DNA of 64,000 nt from Ranitomeya imitator (Eukaryota): positions 147,064,001-147,128,000 of the forward strand of contig NC_091290.1 of NCBI RefSeq assembly GCF_032444005.1, read 5' to 3'. Positions 14,961 through 25,629 of this stretch are shown here, one piece after another. Within the stretch, counting starts at the first letter, position 1; the number at the start of each line of letters is the position of its first letter. The translations under genes and the position numbers were made by a program. The notes beneath the pieces were generated by a model. That model saw only the letters and a list, made by a program, of their open reading frames with translations. It was not told the DNA's origin and ran no database searches.

Positions 14961-16109
14961 ATAGCGAGGAAAGGAAATGACAAGTGTATAAGGAAATGTG
15001 CAACGATTAATGATCAGATCCATAAAGATCATATTAGATCACAAGCTCCTCGGGTCACAGATCTGGTTTATTATTGACACCGAAGTCCAAGGGTCACCGA
15101 AGAGCTGTGATTCCCTATCGAGAGGTTGGGAAGAACATAGCGGCCCATTTATTGCCTGTAGCCCCAGCGAACCCATGTGCCGCCATATTGACCCCGGTCA
15201 GCACCACGTCAGAGCCTTGTACACTGCCTCCACCTAGTGGCTCCATGCACACGAGACCTCTGCCGGACCGACTAACCGCAGGGGTACTGCAGGGTCCCGG
15301 CCAGTGACTACTGACGTGGCCGCTGACCCGGGTCCTGCTCCTCTCTGGAGACCACCTGGCCGCCCCCTAAGGTCCAGTGACCACTTTCTGCATAGTGGGG
15401 GCTGTCATGTGGACCAATCGCTGTTTACGAAATCACTAAAGAATCGCCCGATGGTGGGTGTCACACGAGCCCCGACGTCAGCAATCTGCTTCCAGCGCCC
15501 TGTAAACAGTGACGATCACAGCAGCACAGAGTGTTTCAGGATGGAATCTGTAGGGAAATGATCTGTGATTATTTCAGGGAGGACGGGCCGGATACAAAGG
15601 GTTAAGTTCTGTGGGTTTGTCGTCAGCACCAACCAGTCCTGGAGTTTTGCACAACACTGACAGCCGCACCCCGTCCCTGGCACCGACACTGGCGTAGAAC
15701 CGGCCCCAGAACATTTACAGGGGCCACCACAGCCGGGTCTATGGCATATGACCTATGGAGCGCTTTTGCCCTCTGTTTTCAGCCACCATGTGCTCTTCAA
15801 TGAATTCTGCAGTTCCTATTTTCTTTTTCGAGTTTTCTCCTCATCAGTTTATGAGAAAACTGAGGGGTAACCAACATGGCTGCCATTAAAGGGGATGTGT
15901 CACCGAGGACTCGTCTAGCGGTGATAGAATATGCCCAATAGGACGCTGTGAGACGGGTCCGCGCTGTCATTTCTACAGGACGCCTCCTCGTTATGTGTAT
16001 GCAGCGGGTGCATGCACCCTTTGAATGCTGCTCTGGATGCAACCGGAGTAGAAATTGTGAATGCAGATTTTGCTGTGGCTTGTGCATGTAAATTGTTATG
16101 GTGGCTGCA

Positions 16110-16545
16110 GCTGTGACTGTGTATGTGACTGGTGCATGTGATTGCAGCTCTGGAGCTAACTGGTGCATGTGATTGCAGCTCTGGAGGTGACTGGTGCATG
16201 TGATTGCAGCTCTGGAGGTGACTAGTGCATGTGATTGCACCTCTGGAGGTGACTAGTGCATGGGATTGCAGCTCTGGAGGCGACTGGTGCACGCGATTGC
16301 AGCTCTGGAGGCGACTGGTGCACGCGATTGCAGCTCTGAAGGCGACTGGTGCACACGATTGCAGCTCTGGAGGTGACTGGTGCACGTGATTGCAGCTCTA
16401 GAGGTGACTGGTGCACGTGATTGCAGCTGTAGAGGTGACTGGTGCACGTGATTGCAGCTCTGGAGGTGACTGGTGCACGTGATTGCAACTGTAGAGGTGA
16501 CTGGTGCACGTGATTGCAGCTCTGGACGTGACTGGAGCACGCAAT
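16110..16545. repeat. Tandem array of a 31-bp unit (TGACTGGTGCACGTGATTGCAGCTCTGGAGG), about 14 copies
   Basis: 31-nt period visible; ends about 100 nt before the PLLP exon 2 acceptor. Confidence 0.92.
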
Positions 16546-16643
16546 CTGTGAATCAGACTGACGCATTTCCTGCAGATTTTTTCACCTCCAGCCCGGCAGG
16601 GTGATGATGGGGCAGATCGTTGCTGATCGTCGCTCTCTTGCAG

Positions 16644-16817
16644 GTCCTGGGTCTCATCGTCTGGGCGCTGATCGCGGACACCAAGTACTATTACGTGGCG
16701 GCGTTCGGCTGGGTCTTGTTCGTGGCCATCATCTTCTGGGCGCTCACCCTCGTCCTCTTCTTGTTGTTCTTTCTGCAGCTGCACAAGAGGATCAGCTCTG
16801 TTCCATGGCCTCTGACG
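16644..16817 (+). CDS. PLLP: Plasmolipin coding exon 2
   Basis: Acceptor CTCTTGCAG|GTC; VLGLIVWALIADTKYYYVAAFGWVLFVAIIFWALTLVLFLLFFLQLHKRISSVPWPLT (MARVEL TM segments); donor ACG|GTGAGT; 174 nt. Confidence 0.95.
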
Positions 16818-17049
16818 GTGAGTACCGCATCGTCCACCATCGGTGTCACACGTACGTGGAGAAGTAATGGGTGGGGGTCCGTTTACGTCTATGGGAGACA
16901 CGGACACAGCCGAGCTGCTCGGCCTCAGACTCTGTAACCCCATAGAAGTGAGGCGCAGCAGTGTCAAAGGGAAGGGGCCTGATGTAAGTCGGCCCACGCG
17001 GACCCGCTCACCATCAGCTGGGGGTCTAACATTTTCTTCTCACCCGCAG

Positions 17050-17169
17050 GTGTTTATTTGCCACGCGGCGGCCTTTGTCCTGTACATCACCGCATTCATC
17101 ACCTGCGCAGCGTCCGTGAAGCTGGAAGATCCCCGGGGAATGGACTACAACAAGAGAGCCGCCGCCTCG
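17050..17169 (+). CDS. PLLP: Plasmolipin coding exon 3
   Basis: Acceptor CACCCGCAG|GTG; VFICHAAAFVLYITAFITCAASVKLEDPRGMDYNKRAAAS; donor TCG|GTAAGA; 120 nt. Confidence 0.95.
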
Positions 17170-17674
17170 GTAAGACAACGCCGTAACATACACCATCATG
17201 GCGGATGCTGGGAGATGTACTGCGCAGCGGCGCAAATACTATTTTTGTTAGAATCTCCAGTTTTGCTGGAACCACAACTCCCAGCAAAGATCGGCCTCCG
17301 TTCATTGTTTTATGCTGATAAAAGTGCGCGGCCCACGCCTCCGTAAATCACACATGGACCTAACGCCGCCAGGCATTATATATATATATAATATATATAT
17401 ATATATATAATTTATCTGAGCATGAGGGTCTTGACTTTACATTCTGATCAGACTGTAGGAAGCCGCTGCCTCGTCACAGCGCAACTGAGGGTCCTATTAA
17501 TTGAATCAAATGAGCATTTATTGGAGATGAGGTCCGTTCTCTTATCAGCGTATTACATTCAATGTTTACACCAGGCCTTCACCAGAGTTACCAACAGCTG
17601 ATAAGTGAGTGGGCCGGACCCCACCAATAGGACAGCGGGAACCTGCTAAGGATAGGACATTTAAATGTAGGTAA

Positions 17675-18535
17675 TGAGCTCTCCCTAGTGGTGGCAGTAT
17701 AAATCTGTACGTAGTGAGCTCCCTCTAGTGGTGGCTGTATAAATCTGTATGTAGTGAGCTCTCCCTAGTGGTGGCTGTATAAATCTGTATATAGTGAGCT
17801 CCGTCTAGTGGTGGCAGTATAAATCTGTACGTAGTGAGCTCCCTCTAGTGGTGGCTGTATAAATCTGTATGTAGTGAGCTCCCTCTAGTGGTGGCAGTAT
17901 AAATCTGTATATAGTGAGCTCCCTCTAGTGGTGGCTGTATAAATCTGTATATAGTGAGCTCCCTCTAGTGGTGGTTGTATAAATCTGTATGTAGTGAGCT
18001 CCCCCTAGTGGTGGCTGTATAAATCTGTATGTAGTGAGCTCAGTCTAGTGGTGGCAGTATAAATCTGTATGTAGTGAGCTCCTCCTAGTGGTGGCTGTAT
18101 AAATCTGTATGTAGTGAGCTCCCCCTAGTGGTGGCTGTATAAATCTGTATGTAGTGAGCTCCCCCTACTGTCAACTGTATAAATCTATTGGCAGTGAGCT
18201 CTCGTAGTGGTAGATGTATAAATCTGCATGTAGTGATCTCCCCCTAGTGGTGGCTGTATACATCTGTATATAGAGAGCACTTCCTAGTGGCAACTATAAA
18301 TCTGTTAATGTGAGCTCCCCCTAGTGGTGGCTGTATAAATCTGTTAATGTGAGCTCCCTCTAGTGGTGGCTGTATAAATCTGTTAATGTGAGCTCCCTCT
18401 AGTGGTGGCTGTATAAATCTGTTAATGTGAGCTCCCTCTAGTGGTGGCTCTATAAATCTGCATGTAGTGAGCTCCCCCTAGTGGCTGCTGTATAAATCTG
18501 TGCGTAGTGAGCTCCCCCTAGTGGTGGCTGTGTAG
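17675..18535. repeat. Tandem array of a 40-bp unit (GAGCTCCCTCTAGTGGTGGCTGTATAAATCTGTATGTAGT), about 21 copies, PLLP intron 3
   Basis: 40-nt period. Reverse strand reads CAGCCACCACTAG(A/G)GGGAGCTC in most units. Confidence 0.93.
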
Positions 18536-18893
18536 ATTTATAGACAGACATATAATTAGCCTACAGCTAAACGATAACTTTGGCCGTGTCTATTACTGAT
18601 ACACAGTGAATGATAGTAGATGCAGTCGGGTTGAAATCCTGCAGATTTGGACTTTGGTGCCTGTCATGAAGTAATGTGGCCACATTCATTACAGGTTTGT
18701 GATTCTGCAGTGTGATGTCACCGTAATGTGGCCATGAAGCCCTCACTTTACTTAAATCCTTTCAGGGGGTCCAGGAAGAAGTCAAAGGCCATACAATGGG
18801 GGACGGGTAGAAGTCGGAGACCGTATAATGGGAACCGGGTATAAGTCAAAGGCCACATATCTGCTCTCAATGATGACATTTTGCCTCCCCCAG

Positions 18894-18995
18894 TTCTTCG
18901 CCTGCCTGGTGATGATCGCCTATGGAGGAAGCGCCTTCTTCAGCTTCGGAGATTGGAGGGGCACTAACAGTAACTCGGCCTCGGGGCAGGCCTGA
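18894..18995 (+). CDS. PLLP: Plasmolipin coding exon 4 (terminal, stop TGA 18993-18995)
   Basis: Acceptor CTCCCCCAG|TTC; FFACLVMIAYGGSAFFSFGDWRGTNSNSASGQA* resembles the recalled plasmolipin C-terminus FFACLVMIAYGVSAFFSYQAWRG. Total protein 175 aa. Confidence 0.95.
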   Translation, partial: FFACLVMIAYGGSAFFSFGDWRGTNSNSASGQA

Positions 18996-19902
18996 ACACC
19001 TCCACACTCGCTGTAAATAAGTCTTTCCTTTATTTTTTTTTTAATGAATCCTTGGACTGTTTACCTCAAACACGAACTTGAATAAGTCGCTGGGATTCTC
19101 CGTCCGCAGAACTTGCTGCAACCGAGAAATGCACTGACATATGCAGCAAACCCCCCACGTCCGGGAGCAGACTTCTCCCGTTACCCAATATCTCCAAATC
19201 AATTCATTTGGTGAGATCACTGATCTACAGTGTGAGCTATTGCAGAACTACAACTCCCAGGATCGTGTTGTCACTTTTACAACACTTACAGAATGGAGAC
19301 CCCTAGTGTTTCAGATGCCACAGATACAAGGACAATTCAGACCGTCATGTTTTCTGACCGTGTTCTTCCGTGCCGTGGCTCCGTTACAGGTTTGGGAGGA
19401 ATGACTGTCATCCAGCCCTGTCACTGCTTCCTAGGGGCTGAGTACTGGCTACTGCTCCCTGTTATCAGCTGTGAAGATACTGACTGCATAATTGGGGAAA
19501 AATAGAAAAATTACGTTCAAATTAATTTCATCCTCTGCAGATGGTAAAATAGAAAATGTATTTTTAATTTTTGCAGTAAAACTATCAGTATATGTTACTG
19601 TAGCCTAATGCTCACAGCTGAGGATTCGGTACAATGTATCAGAGAACAGTTAGATCACCAGAATGATCCATTGTGGCGATGGATCAGGCACCGCTGTGTT
19701 CATATAATACTTCTATAATGAACCACATCAAATCCTGACGAGTCTTTATAAAAGTGAAGATTGGGGCCTCAGTGGTTTCCCCCATCCGATTCATCTACAC
19801 AAGTTACAACTATGAAAAATGAAGAGTGTGTATATTATTTTTTTTCCCCCTTTTTTTTTAGGCTGACAGCAAACAGGTGTATAGAAAAGGGTGAGAAATC
19901 GA

Positions 19903-19908
19903 AATAAA
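19903..19908 (+). terminator. PLLP: Candidate PLLP polyadenylation signal AATAAA
   Basis: First canonical AATAAA I found after the stop (about 900 nt downstream). No transcript evidence. Confidence 0.3.
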
Positions 19909-20047
19909 GCTCTTGTGTTCTCATATAACAGATCATTACTGTCTGTGCATGAAACGTATACAATAGAGTGGTTGATGAGGGTCTTTAGATCGCCTGTGAC
20001 TTTTCCAGGGTCAACCTCCACTATAATACATTCCTGTATTTAATAGG

Positions 20048-20369
20048 TGCAGTGCTCAATGCCACCACAAGGTGTCAGCAGATCATTACATCTTAATCTG
20101 CTCTACTGGACAACTGTTCTGAGGACTCTGCTGCCACCTGGTGGTGACCACACACACACACACACACACCAGCCTACATCACAACACTAAATGATCCAAC
20201 AACTCTAGAAAAACTTGTAAAAAAATCAGATTCTCCCCTCAGGACACAATCTGTTAAGTTGAATATTTTTACAATTTTCCCTACTTTTTATTAATCTTCC
20301 TCCATCGGCAGTTGCAAATTGCTTCTTCAGAGAAAAAAAGAGCTTGAACTCTATAGCGCCACCTGTAGG
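20048..20369. promoter_or_regulatory. Cluster of three CTCF-consensus motifs between the convergent PLLP and ZNRF1 3' ends
   Basis: CCACAAGGTGTCAG (+, 20065-20078) with upstream TGCAGT at 20048; CCACCAGGTGGCAG (-, 20131-20144); CCTACAGGTGGCGCTA (-, 20354-20369). Confidence 0.55.
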
Positions 20370-20602
20370 AAGTTGGATTTGTGTTACTTTTGTGTGTGAA
20401 GGTATTATCCTGCAAGCAAGTTCTTAAAAAAGGTTACAGACCAGATTACTAGACATTCATCTGCTTTTTGGTTCCTGTGCCATTGTGAGTGATGGCTGCA
20501 CAGGGTCCCATGATAGCTCTGACTACAACTCCCAACATCCCCATCTTGTATTGTATTTTGCTACCCACGATCTGACAGTGTGTATGACAAAAACATGACT
20601 AC

Positions 20603-20812
20603 AAGGCTGCCGTCACACTAGCAGTATTTGGTCAGTATTTTACCTCAGTATTTGGTCAGTATTTTACATCAGTGTTTGTAGCCAAAACCAGGAGTGGGTG
20701 ATAAATACAGAAGTGGTGCAGATGTTTCTATTATACTTTCCCTCTAATTGTTCCACTCCTGGTTTTGGCTACAAATACTGATGTAAAATACTGATAGTGT
20801 GACCACAGCCTT
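20603..20812. mobile_element. Short Harbinger/Tourist-like MITE
   Basis: TIRs AGGCTGCCGTCACACTAGCAGTATTT vs reverse end AGGCTGTGGTCACACTATCAGTATTT. Internal inverted GCCAAAACCAGGAGTGG / CCACTCCTGGTTTTGGC. A related remnant lies at about 62820-62937. Confidence 0.75.
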
Positions 20813-20894
20813 AAATGTCCACACACCACCATTAGATTGCAGGCTCTGCAGACCAGGCCTCCTGGACGGGGGCAGAGATTGTATCGATGGAGAG

Positions 20895-22203
20895 AACGGC
20901 ATCATATCGAGTAAGAGGGGGTGGGGGCACGAGATCTGCGCAGAACGGCATCATATCGAGTAAGGGCGGGTGGGGGCACGAGATCTGCGCAGAACGGCAT
21001 CATATCAGGGGCCACGAGATCTGCACAGAACATCATATCGGGGGCCACGAGATCTGCGCAGAACAGCATCTTATCAGGGGCCTGATCTGCGCAGAACGGC
21101 ATCATATCGGGGGGCCAGGAGATCTGCACAGAACGGCATCATATCGGGGGGCCTAATCTGCGCAGAACGGCATCATATCGGGTAAAGGGGGTGGGGGCAC
21201 GAGATCTGCGCAGAACGGCATCATATCGGGGGCCACTAGTTCTGCGCAGAACGGCATCATATCGGGGGGCCACGAGATCTGCGCAGAACGGCATCATATC
21301 GGGGGCCACTAGTTCTGCGCAGAACGGCATCATATCGAGGGGGCCACGAGATCTGCGCAGAACGGCATCATATCGGGGGCCACTAGTTCTGCGCAGAACG
21401 GCATCATATCGGGGAGCCAGGAGATCTGCGCAGAACGGCATCATATCGAGGGGGCCACGAGATCTGCGCAGAACGGCATCATATCGGGGGGCCACGAGAT
21501 CTGCGCAGAACGGCATCATATCGGGGAGCCAGGAGATCTGCGCAGAACGGCATATCGAGGGGGCCACGAGATCTGCGCAGAACGGCATCATATCGGGGGC
21601 CACGAGATCTGCGCAGAACGGCATCATATCGAGGGGGCCACGAGATCTGCGCAGAACGGCATCATATCGGGGGGCGAGGAGATCTGCGCAGAACGGCATC
21701 ATATCGGGGGGCCACAAGATCTGCGCAGAACGGCATCATATCGGGGGCCACGAGATCTGCGCAGAACGGCATCATATCGGGGGCCACGAGATCTGCGCAG
21801 AACGGCATCATATCGGGGGGCCACGAGATCTGCGCAGAACGGCATCATATCGGGGGGCCAGGAGATCTGAGCAGAACGGCATCATATCGAGGGGGCCACG
21901 AGATCTGAGCAGAACGGCATCATATCGGGGGGCCACGAGATCTGCGCAGAACGGCATCATATCGGGGGGCCACGAGATCTGCGCAGAACGGCATCATATC
22001 GGGGGCCACGAGATCTGCGCAGAACGGCATCATATCGGGGGCCACGAGTTCTCTGCAGAACGGCATCATATCAGGGGGCCACGAGATCTGCGCAGAACGG
22101 CATCATATCAGGGGGCCACGAGATCTGCGCAGAACGGCATCATATCGGGGGCCACGAGTTCTGCGCAGAATGGCATCATATCGAGGGGCCACGAGATCTG
22201 CAT
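20895..22203. repeat. Tandem array of a 36-37-bp CpG-rich unit (GAGATCTGCGCAGAACGGCATCATATCGGGGGCCAC), about 35 copies
   Basis: Direct periodicity; variable G-run length. Confidence 0.93.
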
Positions 22204-22329
22204 CGATAGCAGGTTAGCGCGTGTGTATACTTCTGCTCACACTCCATTACCGATGCCCGGTGGGGCCAAAATGAAGAAAGCCGCTGACTCTTAAAGCACC
22301 AGTCCACGCGGCCCGTCACAGTCCGGACT

Positions 22330-24226
22330 CTGTAGAGGCCCATCCTTTATTATAGAACAACAGATATACAACACAGTCCGCAGCTCACCGCCCCCCGCTA
22401 CAAAGTAACAAAAAAAAATGAATGAAAGTCACAACAGGGCAAATAATATTTGGCCACGAGAAAGTTCCCCTCTTCTTCCATCCAACATACAAAAAGGGGG
22501 CTCGTTCCAGCAAGACCCAGTAAGCCCCCCGCGCTGTAACACTGGTGGGTGCAAACGTTTATGTCTTTAATAAGTTATTTAAAAAAAAAAAAAAACACAC
22601 ACATGCAAACTGAAGAGAAGTGATTGATTATATTGGCAGCACCGCGAGGGTCCCTGGGATCAGAGCTTTGTACCCCAAAAAAAGCAAAGTTCTCCCACGT
22701 CCTAAGTTTTTACACAAGCGCGCATTTGTAACAGGATTAGAAAAATAAGTGATTTATCTATTGGCACCAGTTTGCTCCCCCCCATATTTGGGTGTAATCC
22801 CCCCTCATCCCCCAAATACTGGGGTGTAAACGCCACAAGATTGAAAAGAGGAGAAAGACTGCGCTACCTCAACTATCCACCAGGTGGCGATACATTACAT
22901 CACGCAACAGCGGCCATTATAAAATATAGATAGTCTCCACAAGTGGGGGAAGGGACTGTGTACAAAAAACGAGGGGCCCCCCAAATAAATATGACATCCG
23001 GCTCCCAACACCTCCTGATTCTAAACTGAAACCGTGCAAAAAGCTTTTTTTGGCGGAGCTCAAGAGGCAGAGGATATGGGGGGGGGGGATAAAGAGTCTG
23101 TGATATAAGGGGGTGTCACAACCCACTCAGGACCCCATTAGAGGTTACACTGTCCAGAATGTAAGTGTCCCCCCCCCAATAATATAATGTAATGGGTGAA
23201 AAAGGAGGGTGATCAATACCGAGGGCACAAAGGGTTAACAGATAGGGTGATGGGCATGACGCCTCTTCCCCCTGTAAATCCAGCAATGAACGGGGCTAAA
23301 CCGCCAGAACATACACAGAAAGTGACACTAAAAACTTCACGACCGGCCACCCAGAGGTTAAAATAAGGAGGGTCCGGAGTGAGAGACCCCAGTAAACCTC
23401 CCTGGAGATACGGCGCCTGAGCTCGTCCAGCATAAATTAATTAATTCATACTAATTATAATAATATTACAGGTCGGGAGGGATGGGATGTTGGCAGAAAC
23501 AACAAAAAAAAAAAAACCTCTTGTGGGGGGTAGCGAGACCCCACCCTGTATTCCCTCCGCTCCCAGCAGTCACTATGGACTCCGACATCGTCCTTCCTCC
23601 TGTGCAAAAACCTCAGCTCTGCTGGAACAGTGCGGCCCAGTCCAACAGCGCTCACCATCTACAAAGCTTTATACTGGGAAGCATTGGGAAAAACAAAAGA
23701 ACAACCCTGGCTTAGGTCAGACGCCAGGAGAGCCGAGCAGAACGACAACACCGCCCCTCCCCCATCTTCAGCCCCCAGCGTCGGTTCTGTCCTTCCATAA
23801 CCTTGAAATATTCAGTGCAAAGTGCCAGGAAGTAAAAAGCCCAAATGTTCCTGTCCTGGTGTTGCAGGTGACAACGTCTCCCCGGCGGGGGCACCGGGAC
23901 CAGCAGATTCTCCTCCATTCCCCTCTTTGCTCTTCTCCCCCCTCCCCCCTAAACCACACCTCAGGACACAAGAGCCGTCAGCATGGCCGCCCCGGGGGGC
24001 AGACGCCTCCGCCGCCTTCTCCCCTTCCCGCTGCCTTCTCCCCACGAGCAGTTATAGATGAGGATGGGAAGAGTCTTCAGTTTGGCTTTTGGTTTCCCCC
24101 AAATCTTCAGTCTTGGAGAAGTGGAGGAGCGCATGAAGGAGGGGACGAGTGACGAAAGCAGAGCGGACCACCCTGCGAGGACGCGGATCCCAGTCTGTGA
24201 TCCTAAAGAGGGCGAAACCAGGTGCT
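22330..24226 (-). other. ZNRF1: Predicted non-coding terminal exon (3'UTR) of ZNRF1
   Basis: Minus-strand acceptor CTCTCCCGTTTGCAG|AGCACC at 24227/24226 pairs with the post-stop donor at 24803. Minus-strand AATAAA at 22346-22351. AU-rich stretches. Confidence 0.6.
22346..22351 (-). terminator. ZNRF1: Candidate ZNRF1 polyadenylation signal AATAAA
   Basis: TTTATT on + strand at the end of the predicted 3'UTR, just before the 36-bp array. Confidence 0.5.
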
Positions 24227-24269
24227 CTGCAAACGGGAGAGGCGACAAGGTGAGTGCAAAGCAACAGAC

Positions 24270-24630
24270 GGGTCAGAGCCGTCGCGGGGTCAGACAAGTC
24301 ACAGGGTCAGGAGGAGCAGTCACAGGGTCAGGAGGAGCCGTCGCGGGGTCAGACAAGTCACAGGGTCAGGAGGAGCAGTCACAGGGTCAGGAGGAGCCGT
24401 CGCGGGATCAGACAAGTCACAGGGTCAGGAGGAGCCGTTGCGGGGTCAGACAAGTCACAGGGTCACAGGTTCAGGAGGAGCAGTCACAGGGGCGGACAAG
24501 TCACAGGGTCAGGAGGAGCCGTAACAGGGGCGGACAAGTCACAGGGTCAGGAGGAGCCGTAACAGGGGCAGACAAGTCACAGGGTCAGGAGGAGCAGTCA
24601 CAGGGGCAGACAAGTCACAGGGTCAGGAGG
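24270..24630. repeat. Composite tandem repeat (GTCACAGGGTCAGGAGGAGC / GTCGCGGGGTCAGACAA modules) in the ZNRF1 3'UTR intron
   Basis: Alternating about 20-nt and about 17-nt modules. Confidence 0.88.
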
Positions 24631-24834
24631 AGTTGTCATAGGTCCATGTATCATGTGACTTGTGAGTGTCCCCATCAGGCAGAGCAGTCATAGGGACGTA
24701 TGATATAGCACAGCGGGCTGCAGAGACCACGCGCTCGGCCTGTGTACATGTGAGGTCCGGTGTGCAAGAGGGGAGACAATGTTCAGGGGGTCACTTTCTT
24801 ACCTTAAGAAAAAGTCAGCAAGAACGGCCGCAGG

Positions 24835-24892
24835 TCAATCAGACGGGTGCTCCGGACAACACCTGTTCACCTCAAACCAGGAATCTATACAG
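24835..24892 (-). CDS. ZNRF1: ZNRF1 coding exon 4 (end of RING domain, stop TGA)
   Basis: Acceptor CTCTCAG|C; (S)CIDSWFEVNRCCPEHPSD*; 58 nt. Exon continues 32 nt to donor AAG|GTAAGA at 24803. Confidence 0.95.
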
Positions 24893-25365
24893 CTGAGAGG
24901 AGAGACGCGAGGTCAGCGGAGGAAACATCTACATCCACTGACACTGTAACAAAGTATCAGGAAAGCAAGTAACTATCCCCCCCAAAAAATAATAAACCTG
25001 GGCCTCTGCTCCTGACAGGCCGCCCACCCCTCTAGTAATTGGGCCCGAGCGGCTTGGTGCAATAAAAGTCTATTAAAGCTGTACAGGGAAGTTGGCGTCT
25101 GCAGCACACAAGGGGTTAAGAGCTGCGCCAGGAGCCCGATCACTCACAGGTAATTGCCCCAGGGCCGGTGTATTACTCAGGAGACTGTTACTACGGTAAC
25201 ATCCACCGCAGGCCGGGCCGGCCGCCAGGTTACTATGGACACGTGTCGCAGACCCAGCACCACAGGCTTCACCTAATTGAGGAGCTCGAGGCGGCAAAAA
25301 CCAGAGCAGGAGCTGGAAATATCCAGAAGGAGACCCAGAATACGGGGGGAGCGCGGGGGTCTTAC

Positions 25366-25471
25366 CTTTTGTGGTAGATGCACAGGCAGGGGAGTCTGGC
25401 TATGGTGTCCCCCTGTGACAGCTCCTCCAGGCAGATCACACACTCGCCAGCGTCCCTCGTTAAAACGTCGT
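25366..25471 (-). CDS. ZNRF1: ZNRF1 coding exon 3 (RING-H2)
   Basis: Acceptor CTCTGCAG|AC; (D)DVLTRDAGECVICLEELSQGDTIARLPCLCIYHK(S); donor AAG|GTAAGA; 106 nt. Confidence 0.96.
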
Positions 25472-25629
25472 CTGCAGAGGAAAGAAAACAAGAAATTCAG
25501 AGCAAGTCAGGGGTCCGCATCTCTCCAGCGCGGGTGTCACTACAACTCCCAGCATGCAGTCATTGGCGACCTCAAGAGCTGAATTAACAATTCTGCTGCA
25601 GGAGAAGCGACTTCTACACCCAGGGACGA

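Noticed and set aside
16398-16997. 199-aa minus-strand ORF
   Set aside because: Antisense shadow of PLLP exon 2 plus the 31-bp repeat.
25539-25557. Perfect ZNF143/THAP11-type motif ACTACAACTCCCAGCATGC (similar at 19247, 20522 and about 62985)
   Set aside because: Non-promoter positions, and the motif recurs in repeat-like context here, so I cannot assign function without ChIP data. Only the WDR59 promoter copy is kept.
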